Assembly: GCA_041660565.1 (NCBI GenBank)
Contig: JBAZWC010000001.1
Span: forward strand, 430,481-494,480
DNA length: 64,000 bases
Direction: 5' to 3'
From: Patescibacteria group bacterium
GTDB taxonomy: Bacteria; Patescibacteriota; UBA1384; CAJBMM01
Positions 28,168 to 37,546 of this stretch are shown here, piece by piece. Both the position numbers and the translations under genes were made by a program. A model generated the notes under the pieces. The model did not search any database, was not told the DNA's origin, and saw nothing but the letters and a program-made list of their open reading frames with translations. Numbering within the stretch: the stretch's first letter is position 1; each line of letters opens with the position of its first letter.

Positions 28168-29457
28168 ATGGAAGTACTACGCAATATGTGGCGACGCAAG
28201 TTTCGCTCATTTTTAACCATTATGGGCATTTCTATCGGAATTTTTGCCTTTACGGTGATGGGATCGCTGGCCCTAAAATTTAACAAAATGATTTCAGGTG
28301 GCAAGGATTACGTTACCGGGCAAATTACCATTATGCCTAAAGGCACTAGCTTTTCCACCGGCGCCACCACCAGCACCTTGCCGGTTTCGGTGCTTGATAA
28401 CATCGCCAAAGTAGATGGTGTAGAAGCGGTAATGCCAACAGTGCAGCTAGCACTATCAGATCCAGATCCAGACAATCCGGCCGCCAGCAGCGCTTCTTTC
28501 GGTACGCCACCCACCATTGTTGGATCAGACTATTCATCCGCCTTCAAAAACAAAAACTGGGATAAATTGGCTATGAAAGAAGGGCACAATATTATCGCCA
28601 GTGAAGGTGATGATAAAGTTGCTATTGGCATTAGTATTTCGGCCGATAAAAAACTACACGTTGGCGATAAAATGACCATTCGTGGAAAAGATTTTACGGT
28701 GGTTGGGGTAGCTGACCGCACCAATACCGGCCCGGATTCGTACATTTTTATGAACATTAAACCGGCGCGCGAAATGTTAATTGAGTCTAATCCATTCTTA
28801 AAATCGCTTAAAGATCAGGCAGACAAAGCCAACGCTATTTCCGCTGCCGCTCTGGCGCAGTTGCCGGCAGATACCCAAGCCCAATTGGCACAGGCAAAAA
28901 CGTTTAAGGTTGAAGACGTCAATTCCATGGCTGCGGCTTCGTGGAAAGACGGTTACGACCCAGAGACAGTGGTCAAAAACATCAAAGATAAATACAAAAA
29001 TGAAGTGTTGGTAATGTCGCCAAAAGAGTTAGGTGATCAGATAGATAAAGCATCAGTGCTACTAAATGCGGTAATTTTAGGATCAGCGTTAATTGCCTTA
29101 ATTGTAGGTGGTTTTTCGGTGATCAATACTATGATTATGTCGGTTTCCGAGCGCACCAAAGAAATTGGGGTCAAAAAAGCCATCGGCGCTAGCGGTTGGA
29201 CCATCGCCAAGGAGTACACATTTGAAGCGGGCGTAATTGGCATTTTAGGTGGTTTGATTGGAATGGGGTTGGGGCTGCTAATGATTACCATCGTCAATCA
29301 TAATTTGGCCGACAAAGGCGCGGAGATCTTTTTGGTACAAAACAGCTTTTTGGCCGAAGTGGTGCTGTTTAGCTTTTGTTTGGGCATTGTGGCCGGCATT
29401 ATTCCGGCGTGGCGTGCTAGTAGGTTAAAGGTGGTTGACGCCATCAGAGAGCTATAA
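28168..29457 (+). CDS. MacB/FtsX-family ABC permease
   Basis: RSFLTIMGISIGI, NTMIMSVSERTKEIG..KAIGA, PAWRASRL. Confidence 0.92.
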   Translation: MEVLRNMWRRKFRSFLTIMGISIGIFAFTVMGSLALKFNKMISGGKDYVTGQITIMPKGTSFSTGATTSTLPVSVLDNIAKVDGVEAVMPTVQLALSDPDPDNPAASSASFGTPPTIVGSDYSSAFKNKNWDKLAMKEGHNIIASEGDDKVAIGISISADKKLHVGDKMTIRGKDFTVVGVADRTNTGPDSYIFMNIKPAREMLIESNPFLKSLKDQADKANAISAAALAQLPADTQAQLAQAKTFKVEDVNSMAAASWKDGYDPETVVKNIKDKYKNEVLVMSPKELGDQIDKASVLLNAVILGSALIALIVGGFSVINTMIMSVSERTKEIGVKKAIGASGWTIAKEYTFEAGVIGILGGLIGMGLGLLMITIVNHNLADKGAEIFLVQNSFLAEVVLFSFCLGIVAGIIPAWRASRLKVVDAIREL

Positions 29458-29466
29458 GGAGATAAA

Positions 29467-30144
29467 ATGAGTGAAGTAATAATTTCAGCCAAAAACATCC
29501 AAAAATCGTACCGAATGTCCAAAAAGAACCTGGTGCAAGCATTACAAGGCGCAAATATTGAGGTTCATAAAGGTGATTTTACTGCGATTGTGGGGCCATC
29601 GGGTGGCGGAAAATCAACCATGATGCATATTTTGGGGTTGCTTGATCGAGCCGATGCAGGTGAATTGACTATTGATGGTGCCTCGGTCGGTTCGTTGAAA
29701 GAGAAACAAGCGGTTAAATTTAGATCAAAAAAAATTGGCTTTATTTTTCAAGGATTTAACTTATTGCCATCGTTGACCGCTTTGGAGAATGTGATGTTGG
29801 CTGGACGATACGGCGGAATGAAAAAAGGCCAAAGCAAAGCTCGCGCACTGGAATTGTTGAAATTGGTCGGATTAATTGAGCGAGCAGGGCATCGCCCCGC
29901 CGAACTATCGGGAGGACAGCAACAACGCGTCGCCATTGCCCGAGCATTAATGAATAATCCGGCGATTATCTTAGCCGACGAACCAACCGGTGAGCTGGAT
30001 TCCAAGACATCTATCGAAATAATTGAGATGTTAAAGAAATTGAATCGAGATAATAATCAGACATTTGTAATCGTTACGCATAATCCCGAAGTAGCCGCGG
30101 CATGTAAAAAAACCATTGTGCTAAAGGATGGAAGAAACGCGTAA
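29467..30144 (+). CDS. LolD/MacB-type ABC ATP-binding protein
   Basis: GPSGGGKST, LSGGQQQRVAIARA, DEPTG. Confidence 0.94.
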   Translation: MSEVIISAKNIQKSYRMSKKNLVQALQGANIEVHKGDFTAIVGPSGGGKSTMMHILGLLDRADAGELTIDGASVGSLKEKQAVKFRSKKIGFIFQGFNLLPSLTALENVMLAGRYGGMKKGQSKARALELLKLVGLIERAGHRPAELSGGQQQRVAIARALMNNPAIILADEPTGELDSKTSIEIIEMLKKLNRDNNQTFVIVTHNPEVAAACKKTIVLKDGRNA

Positions 30145-30363
30145 CTGACACTCGCCCGATGTCATTCCCGCCCCGAGGCAAAGCTCGGGGTAGACTTTGA
30201 CGGGAATCTGGCGCCAGCCATCCCGAACATGCTTCGGGGACAGTCTATAACAAACTGTTTCTACTCAAGGGATCGCAAAGGATATATTAAGGGTGGCCAG
30301 GGATTGGGCAACATTTTTGCGTAACCAGCGTCAGACATTATTGTACAAACGAAAGGAAAATGT

Positions 30364-30567
30364 ATGGTAATGAAGAAACGGGCGTTTCTGGTAGCAACTG
30401 CCACAGCCATCAGCGGAAGTTTCGCGGTGATTAAGACACCGCATGCGCTAGCCGCCACCAAGCAAAATCCGGTCGTTCTAAAGGCTCCGAGGAATAATCA
30501 GGTCAAACGAATAACTAACGTTCGAAAATATAAACAAACACTAAAACATACTCACGTTTTCAAATAA
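30364..30567 (+). CDS. Small basic secreted peptide (signal-like KKRAFL...HALA)
   Basis: SD aaagga, hydrophobic stretch and AxA site; terminator 30576-30612. Confidence 0.5.
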   Translation: MVMKKRAFLVATATAISGSFAVIKTPHALAATKQNPVVLKAPRNNQVKRITNVRKYKQTLKHTHVFK

Positions 30568-30613
30568 GGATTCACAAAAAGACCTAAAAGAATTAGGTCT
30601 TTTTGTCTTTTTG

Positions 30614-30688
30614 TGGGGAGACTAAAGGGAGTCGAACCCTTGATGACAGAGCCACAATCTGTCGTGATACCGCTTCACCATAGTCTCC
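30614..30688 (-). tRNA. tRNA-His(GUG)
   Basis: Loop ttGTGgc, encoded G-1:C73 pair, CCA. Confidence 0.95.
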
Positions 30689-30808
30689 ATAAATTCAGAA
30701 GATGGAAGATAGAGGATGGAGGATGGACCGAATATTCTATCTTCTATTTTCCATTTTCTATCCTCCAGATTGGTGGGACGCTAAGCGTCCCGTTTACCAC
30801 GCTTAGCG

Positions 30809-30884
30809 TGGTGCGCCTGGAAGGAATCGAACCTTCGACCCACTGCTTAGAAGGCAATTGCTCTATCCACTGAGCTACAGGCGC
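30809..30884 (-). tRNA. tRNA-Arg(UCU)
   Basis: Loop ctTCTaa, CCA. Confidence 0.95.
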
Positions 30885-31058
30885 AAATCGGAAGATAGAG
30901 GACGGAAGATCGAGGATAGAAAGATCCACTATCCAATATATATTTTAACATAATTTGACAAAAAATTCCACTCCATCTTCTATTTTCTATCTTCTATAAT
31001 TGCCACTAGCAATTTCGAAACTATGCGAGCTATGCTTGCTAGTTTCATCCTCCGATTT

Positions 31059-31132
31059 TGGAGCGAGTGAGGAGAATCGAACTCCCGTTTTATCCTTGGG
31101 AAGGACACGTTCTACCATTGAACCACACTCGC
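31059..31132 (-). tRNA. tRNA-Gly(CCC)
   Basis: Loop ttCCCaa, U73, CCA. Confidence 0.95.
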
Positions 31133-31258
31133 AAGTCGGATGACCTAGGACAGAACCATATCAATTTTATCGAATTTTTACCACAAATACCATGACCTAA
31201 GATTATAATTATAAGAATGGGTCGCGAGCGTATTGCCCGCAACCCATTTGCGTACCGG

Positions 31259-31711
31259 TTAGCCGATCTTGACTCGACGCCGCAAGCGATTGACCTGACC
31301 ATGTGCTGTTCGATGAGCAACAACAGCCGCGATCGACTTGGCCAAGCCCACTTTGAGATCTGCTGTGAAGGCCATCATCGCATCGAGATCCTGTTCCTTG
31401 GTTAGGTTATGCCAGTTTCCGTCTGGCATCAGTACCTCGAATCTCAGCGCACGCCCTTGATGTGGCCACTCGCCAGTGATGCTCGAATTGCAGCTAAGTC
31501 GGTAGCGGTGGCCAATTCCTTGCCGTGTTATTCGCAGCTCCCACGGCAGCTGTTGGCGACAGGCAGCTAGCGGAACTGCAAGGCTACTTGAGATCTTCGT
31601 TGCCTCAAATCGAAGCGCAGCCCGAGCAGACCGTAGAAGAGTCGACTCCACACCTTCTGGGTTGGTTACCAGATTTGCCGCCATCTCAAGCTTACGCGTA
31701 TCAATGTACAT
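31259..31711 (-). CDS. GC-rich orphan protein
   Basis: SD aaggagg before ATG 31711; hairpin 31217-31250 downstream. Confidence 0.65.
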   Translation of the reverse strand: MYIDTRKLEMAANLVTNPEGVESTLLRSARAALRFEATKISSSLAVPLAACRQQLPWELRITRQGIGHRYRLSCNSSITGEWPHQGRALRFEVLMPDGNWHNLTKEQDLDAMMAFTADLKVGLAKSIAAVVAHRTAHGQVNRLRRRVKIG

Positions 31712-31921
31712 CCAGGCCTCCTTTTGGACATTGGTGATCAATCAAAGCATGTTGCCGGCTTAAATCAGCCCTAAATCAGTAGAGCTAATTACAACCGGCA
31801 ACGCTGTTAAGATGCAATTACGGCAATATAATAACACTTTTTTACCAAAATTCCTACACTTGAGTGTTTCAGTTCAACCAAATTATTGCCAAAATGCCAA
31901 GAATGGGTGTAAGATGCGACT

Positions 31922-32248
31922 ATGTTTGATGAAACAAGGTCTTGGCTTAGCGGTTTGAAGCAAAATATAATCTGGTGGCTGATAGTTTTGGCGTTGGTGA
32001 TGTTTGGCATCACTTTATTTTTATGGCTAAAATTAATCATCCCCAACGAAAAAGGGCTGTATTCGCCGTTTGAAAATGGTTTGTCACTTATTAAATACGT
32101 TGCCCTAATCTGTGGAGTTAATTTGGCAATCACCATTAGCTCACTGAAACGTCAGAAAATTTGGGTGGTCATGCCCATCGCCGCCACATTGTTTATTTTA
32201 GGATTGACACTATTTTACTTAATTACGCTTTGGAAATTGAATGTTTAG
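31922..32248 (+). CDS. Small 3-TM membrane protein
   Basis: Hydrophobic 108-aa ORF. Confidence 0.6.
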   Translation: MFDETRSWLSGLKQNIIWWLIVLALVMFGITLFLWLKLIIPNEKGLYSPFENGLSLIKYVALICGVNLAITISSLKRQKIWVVMPIAATLFILGLTLFYLITLWKLNV

Positions 32249-32350
32249 TAACAAACTCCAATTTATCCAATCGATCCAATTAGACCAATTAGCAACGACA
32301 ATTCGAACCAACAAAATTACAATTCGATAATTTAATGTTAATATATAACC

Positions 32351-33895
32351 ATGCATAAAAATTTTCCGCCTGCTGCAAAGCGATTTTTTGAAATACTACC
32401 CGGAGCCTTAACTTGGTCTGCGCTATTGTTACCAGCATTACTCGCTATTTGGTATCCAATACCAGTGGCTATTTTTGTGATCTGTTTTGATTTGTATTGG
32501 TTGTATCGTTCGGTCGAGCTATCTAACAACATCATTAGAGTTTACAACCGAATGCGCTCAGCTGCTAAAACAAACTGGCATCAGAAATTAGCTAGTCTAG
32601 GCAATACCATCACCCCGTGCGGATACAAACTTGATGAAGTGTATCAAGCTATCATCATTGTGGCGTACAAAGAACCGGCCGAGTTGCTGGAAGCCTCAAT
32701 AAATAGCTACGTAAATTCTAATTTCGATGTCAAAAAGCGCACCATTTTAGTCTTAGGCACCGAAGAGCGCGCTGGCGAACATAGTGATCATCTTAACCAA
32801 TATTTGTCGGAGCGATTTAAAGATAAATTTTTACGATTTGAACACACCATTCACCCTAAAAACATTCCGGGGGAGATTAAATGTAAAAGCGCTAACGCCA
32901 CGTGGGCTGCCAAGCATCTGTACAAAATTTGTGAAGAAATGCGTATTTCGCCAAAACAGGTTTTGTTACACAATTTCGACGCAGACACCCGAACGCACAA
33001 AGAATACTTTGCTTACGTACAGTGGAACTTTATGCACACACCACCAGACCAGCACACCTGCTATCAGCCAATCCACATTTATAACAACAACATCTGGGAC
33101 ACCGGCGCGCCAATGCGCGTTATCGCCATCAGCTCTACCTTCATTTTTATGCACAATACCATGCGCCCAACTCATTTTTACAACTTTTCCAGCCGCAGCG
33201 ACTGTTTTCAAACAGTGGTGGACATTGGCTACTGGACGGTGAACGCCATCCCCGAAGACTCACGCGAATATTACGACGCCTACTTTCGCTATAACGGCAA
33301 ATTGACCATCCAACCGCAATACATCCCGCTGTATATGGACGCGGTACTGTCTGAAGGATATTGGGGCAGCTTAATGAATCAGTACCGACAGCTGCGCCGA
33401 TGGGCGTGGGGTGTAATTGATTTGGCATATTTAGCCGAAAAATCTTGGAAAGACACTAAAATTCCATGGACATCTAAACTGGGACGCATTTTAGAACACA
33501 CCGAAAGCAACTTTTCCAGATCTACCACCGCGCTGTTTTTGGGATTTTTTGGCTGGATTCCGTTGATTGTAAACAATAGATTTCACGACACAATGATTGG
33601 TTATCATATGCTAAGCGTTACCCAAATTATTTTGACCTTGGCGATTGTGGGAACATTAACTTCGTTATACCTGTCGTATTTATTGCTTCCGCCGCGCCCA
33701 CCACATCACAAACCAATTAAATATATTGGCTTTTTGCTGCAATGGGTGTTGGTACCGTTTGTGTCGATATTCTTAGGCTCATTCTCGGCCATCGATGCCC
33801 AAACGCGGTTGATGTTTGGAAAATATCTAGAGTATCAAGTAACCGAAAAAGCGGTGGGGCAATCTACCAAAGCAGAGCTTGGGGCAAAATCTTAA
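32351..33895 (+). CDS. Membrane-integrated GT2 glycosyltransferase
   Basis: AYKE, KSAN, FDAD, IPED and Q.RRW motifs with flanking TMs. Confidence 0.9.
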   Translation: MHKNFPPAAKRFFEILPGALTWSALLLPALLAIWYPIPVAIFVICFDLYWLYRSVELSNNIIRVYNRMRSAAKTNWHQKLASLGNTITPCGYKLDEVYQAIIIVAYKEPAELLEASINSYVNSNFDVKKRTILVLGTEERAGEHSDHLNQYLSERFKDKFLRFEHTIHPKNIPGEIKCKSANATWAAKHLYKICEEMRISPKQVLLHNFDADTRTHKEYFAYVQWNFMHTPPDQHTCYQPIHIYNNNIWDTGAPMRVIAISSTFIFMHNTMRPTHFYNFSSRSDCFQTVVDIGYWTVNAIPEDSREYYDAYFRYNGKLTIQPQYIPLYMDAVLSEGYWGSLMNQYRQLRRWAWGVIDLAYLAEKSWKDTKIPWTSKLGRILEHTESNFSRSTTALFLGFFGWIPLIVNNRFHDTMIGYHMLSVTQIILTLAIVGTLTSLYLSYLLLPPRPPHHKPIKYIGFLLQWVLVPFVSIFLGSFSAIDAQTRLMFGKYLEYQVTEKAVGQSTKAELGAKS

Positions 33896-33996
33896 TTATT
33901 CCTTGTCATTCACGGAAAGACCTAAGAATCTATATAAAAAAAGTAGCCCAGACTTCAGTCTGTTTCTTAAACATACTAAAGTATGATCTACAAGTT

Positions 33997-34191
33997 TGGA
34001 GCGGGTGAAGGGAATCGGACCCTCGTGTCAGAGTTTGCCCGTCCTCCGCAGTAGCAAATTTGGAGCGGGTAACGGGAGTCGAACCCGTATCTTCACCTTG
34101 GAAGGGTGTCATAATACCGCTATACTATACCCGCAAAAAACTGCTACGGAGGATGGAGAAAACTCGCGCTCTACCATTGAGCTACACCCGC
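33997..34191 (-). pseudogene. Interrupted tRNA-Gly(UCC): 75-nt tRNA split between anticodon positions 35 and 36 by a 120-nt insertion (34038-34157)
   Basis: Joining 34191-34158 to 34037-33997 gives a full cloverleaf with loop UUUCCAA, U73 and CCA; its T loop is UCCGAUU. Confidence 0.75.
34061..34134 (-). tRNA. tRNA-Gly(UCC), nested inside the interrupted tRNA-Gly
   Basis: gcgggta..acacc ctTCCaa ggtga..ggttcgactcc..tacccgctcca. Confidence 0.92.
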
Positions 34192-34233
34192 TTCAGTAGA
34201 GATGGCTGTGCCATCCGTAACCTTGGCGAAGGA

Positions 34234-34310
34234 TGGTCGGGGTGGTCGGACTTGAACCGACGGCCTCATCGTCCCAAACGACGCGCGCTAGCCAACTGCG
34301 CCACACCCCG
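34234..34310 (-). tRNA. tRNA-Pro(UGG)
   Basis: Loop ttTGGga, C1:G72, CCA. Confidence 0.95.
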
Positions 34311-34443
34311 AAATATATTCTCCTGTCATTCCCGCGAAGACGGGAATCCAGTCTATGAACAAATTTCCTAACGAATCACTTATAAATCATAGCATAAAAA
34401 TGGATTTTGGGCAATAAAAAATATTAAATTATAAGCGCCGGGC

Positions 34444-34701
34444 TTAGTGCCCGACGCTATGATCGTGTCCTACAGCTTCTTGCTGGACTTGCGCGAGTTT
34501 ACCCTCGAGTTCGCGGATTGGCTCCGCCAGTGCTCCGGCGATAGACTTGCTTACTTCCGCTTCCAGCGCCTCGAGTTCGCGCCCCTCTGCCTCTGTGATG
34601 GTTCCGTCCGCCCTCTTGCGGATCAGCTCTAACCGCAGAGGATTCCTCTTCACCCAAGACGGGTGCTTGCGTCTGCCCAACTTGTCTACAAAGTCGTTCA
34701 T
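34444..34701 (-). CDS. Small GC-rich orphan coiled-coil protein
   Basis: SD aggag, 85 aa. Confidence 0.6.
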   Translation of the reverse strand: MNDFVDKLGRRKHPSWVKRNPLRLELIRKRADGTITEAEGRELEALEAEVSKSIAGALAEPIRELEGKLAQVQQEAVGHDHSVGH

Positions 34702-34814
34702 CGCACGCTCCTACACGGCGTAGTGTATACGAAATCTGCCCATACAATATCAATTCGCTAAATAAAAATCAATCCGCCCTTTCAACAGCGAATATTTTTT
34801 GCCATAATGGATTA

Positions 34815-36506
34815 ATGATTAAACGACTAAAGAGCCTTAAACCATGGCAAATTGTGCTGCCAATAATTGTTGCACTGCTGGTAGCGCAATTTATTTTGCA
34901 AGTTGATTTAGCTAAAAAAGACTCTCAAACTATCGATGAAGCGGTGCACATTGGCGCCGGTTATACCTATTTAACCAAGGGTGATTATCGTTTTAACGCC
35001 GAACATCCCCCTTTGGTCAAAGAAATCGCCGCGTTTCCCCTACTATTTCTTAATCTAGACCCAAACCAAGATCCAACCGATTGGAACAACGCCGGCCATT
35101 ATTATTTGGACCCGTACGGGTATTCGGGTAACTGGGGCCACAATTTGCTCTACTACTCAAACGTGGCCGTAGACACCATTCTTTTTTACGCCCGCATTGG
35201 CCCAATGCTGTTGACCACGTTGCTGGGAGCGGTAATTGCGCTGGTAGCTATTTTGGCTTTTGGCTGGTGGGCCGGCTTAATTGCCACTGTGCTTTACGTA
35301 CTAGACCCGGCGTTTACCGGTCATGGCCATTTAGCCACCACCGATATTGGCGCCACTTTGGGATACATCGCCGGAATTGCCTCACTTTGGTATCTAATCA
35401 AAAAACCATCATATAAGTCTGCCGCCATTTTTGGCGTCGCCTTAGGCATTGCCAATTTACTCAAATTTACCATGCTGGCGCTAGGTCCAATATCTATTAT
35501 GCTGCTTGGCGGGTATATCATCTACAACATTGAGGCAAAAAAAGACAAAGCAAAGCGATGGTGGCTGCTTTTCGTCTCATTTATTGTTGCCACAGTGGTG
35601 ATATGGGCGGGATATGGTTTTCACCGCACCACGCTACCGATGGACACCGGATACGATGCTTATGGGCAGGTAATAGCCGAACCGTTTAACGGCGCTTTAA
35701 GGCAATTATACGATTTTGACAACATCGCCAAATGGGTTCCACTGCCAACCGATTATCTAAAAGGCGCGGCAATGGTGCTTAATCACACCGGCGGCGGACA
35801 TCCATCATTCTTGTTTGGCGAGTCAAAGGACTCGGGTTGGTGGTACTATTTCCCGGTCATTATTACCATAAAAACCCCAATTATCAGCCTGTTTTTGATG
35901 ATTTTTAGCCTGGCGGTGGTGATTAAGCAACGCAAAAAAAATCAGTTTGCGGTATTTTTGATCGCATCATCGTTAATTTATCTGACTATCAGCATGCTTT
36001 CCCACGCCAATCTGGGTATTCGACACATTTTGCCATTCTACCCTTCTTTGTTTATTGTAGTCGGATATGTTTTTACGTTATTGAGCAAGAAACTTAAGAT
36101 TGTATTTTCGGTACTACTAGCCGTTTTAGCTATCCAATTTGCGTTGATGTATCCATTTTATCTATCATATTTTAACCAATTCGTGGGTGGATCTTACAAC
36201 GGCTATAAATATGCCACTGACTCCAATTTAGACTGGGCACAAGATTTGCATCGCATAAAAACATACACCGATACTCACAACTTAGGTGTGCCGTACGTTT
36301 TCTACAACTGGGACGGTGACGATGCGATAGATATGTACGGCATCCCGCGCCGACCAAACGCCAATCTTGCCACAGACAGATCCGGCTATATGATAATTGG
36401 TGCTTCCACATTACAATCACCGGAAATGCGCTGGTTGTTCAGCTATCAATTAGTTGATAAAATTACCCCCGGAGTTCTAGTATTTAATTTGGACAAATTA
36501 AAATGA
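34815..36506 (+). CDS. GT-C fold (PMT/ArnT, GT39/GT83-like) glycosyltransferase
   Basis: TIDEAVH, NAEHPPL, many TMs, DSNLDWAQD. Confidence 0.88.
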   Translation: MIKRLKSLKPWQIVLPIIVALLVAQFILQVDLAKKDSQTIDEAVHIGAGYTYLTKGDYRFNAEHPPLVKEIAAFPLLFLNLDPNQDPTDWNNAGHYYLDPYGYSGNWGHNLLYYSNVAVDTILFYARIGPMLLTTLLGAVIALVAILAFGWWAGLIATVLYVLDPAFTGHGHLATTDIGATLGYIAGIASLWYLIKKPSYKSAAIFGVALGIANLLKFTMLALGPISIMLLGGYIIYNIEAKKDKAKRWWLLFVSFIVATVVIWAGYGFHRTTLPMDTGYDAYGQVIAEPFNGALRQLYDFDNIAKWVPLPTDYLKGAAMVLNHTGGGHPSFLFGESKDSGWWYYFPVIITIKTPIISLFLMIFSLAVVIKQRKKNQFAVFLIASSLIYLTISMLSHANLGIRHILPFYPSLFIVVGYVFTLLSKKLKIVFSVLLAVLAIQFALMYPFYLSYFNQFVGGSYNGYKYATDSNLDWAQDLHRIKTYTDTHNLGVPYVFYNWDGDDAIDMYGIPRRPNANLATDRSGYMIIGASTLQSPEMRWLFSYQLVDKITPGVLVFNLDKLK

Positions 36507-37219
36507 CAGAATCAATATATCTGAGTGTTATCGTTCCGGCCTACAACGAGTCCAAACGCATCGCTAAAACTGTTAAAGAAATTGACGATTATTTAAAATC
36601 GCAAAAATACAGCTACGAAATTGTGGTGGTAGATGATGGTAGCAAAGATAATACGTTTGATGTGGTATCTGGGCTCAAACTACCGCACGTTAGACCAATA
36701 AAACAGGCTAAAAATACCGGTAAAGGTGGAGCGGTCAAAACCGGCATGCTCAGCGCTGTTGGCGAATATCGACTAATGTGCGATGCCGATAACGCCACAC
36801 CGATTAGCGAAATAACCAAACTTTTGGCTTTTGCCAATGAATTCCCGGTGGTAATTGGTTCGCGCTATATGAAAGGATCCAACATCCGCATCAAGCAACC
36901 GTTAACGCGCATCATTGGATCACGCCTGTTTAACACCTTGGTTCAGCTACTACTTTTACCCGGTTTTCCGGACACTCAATGTGGCTTCAAACTATTTCGC
37001 GCCAATGTAGTAGATAAATTATTTGGCAAACTTGAAACCAATCGGTGGGGTTTTGATTTAGAGATTTTGGTTCGAGCGCGAAAAAGCTTCCTTTACATTA
37101 AACAAGTGCCAGTCGAATGGTGTGATCAGGAAGGTTCAAGTGTTAATGGGGTTAGCGTATTTATCAGTGCGGTAAAAGAGTTAATTAATATTAAAAAGCA
37201 ATCAAAAAAGTGGAAGTAG
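36503..37219 (+). CDS. Polyprenol-phosphate glycosyltransferase (Dol-P-Glc synthase-like GT2)
   Basis: SVIVPAYNE, VDDGSKD, GKGGAV, DAD, DTQCGFK, FDLE. Confidence 0.92.
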   Translation: MTESIYLSVIVPAYNESKRIAKTVKEIDDYLKSQKYSYEIVVVDDGSKDNTFDVVSGLKLPHVRPIKQAKNTGKGGAVKTGMLSAVGEYRLMCDADNATPISEITKLLAFANEFPVVIGSRYMKGSNIRIKQPLTRIIGSRLFNTLVQLLLLPGFPDTQCGFKLFRANVVDKLFGKLETNRWGFDLEILVRARKSFLYIKQVPVEWCDQEGSSVNGVSVFISAVKELINIKKQSKKWK

Positions 37220-37231
37220 AAAGGAGTTCGG

Positions 37232-37381
37232 ATGTGTGATTCAGATGGTAACTGTGAAATGTGCCGTGGAGCTTGCGCTTGCCCGGGTAAAACTGTCAAG
37301 GAAGAGTGCAAGTGCGAAATGGTTTGCAAATGCAATGAGTGCAAAGAAGAGGACAGCCTAGAGGGTCAATCCGAAGAATAA
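37232..37381 (+). CDS. 49-aa Cys-rich metallothionein-like peptide (not in the ORF track)
   Basis: SD aaaggag; MCDSDGNCEMCRGACACPGKTVKEECKCEMVCKCNECKEEDSLEGQSEE with 10 Cys; terminator 37396-37440. Confidence 0.7.
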   Translation: MCDSDGNCEMCRGACACPGKTVKEECKCEMVCKCNECKEEDSLEGQSEE

Positions 37382-37546
37382 AATCGATATTTACTAAAAA
37401 CAGAGGGCGGATATGAAATATATTCGGCCTCTGTTTTGTTATTGACAAATATAATTCGGTATGATATAATATAACTATCTACCGTACCTTAACGTAGCTA
37501 TCAGCTGAGCAGGTAAGCTCAAACCAAAAACTAGGGGGATACTCCC

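Noticed and set aside
30697-30997. 7-nt periodic repeats (also near 19440-19515, 20567-20595, 47100-47140, 50010-50100) and 9-nt ccaatt repeats (6155-6190, 32259-32291, 60217-60246, 62388-62417) as a coding or array system
   Set aside because: Short degenerate intergenic hairpin-forming repeats with no spacers or associated gene here
34038-34157. Group I/II intron or canonical bulge-helix-bulge intron in tRNA-Gly
   Set aside because: Only about 46 nt remain after subtracting the inner tRNA, too little for a ribozyme core, and the junctions do not form a clean BHB
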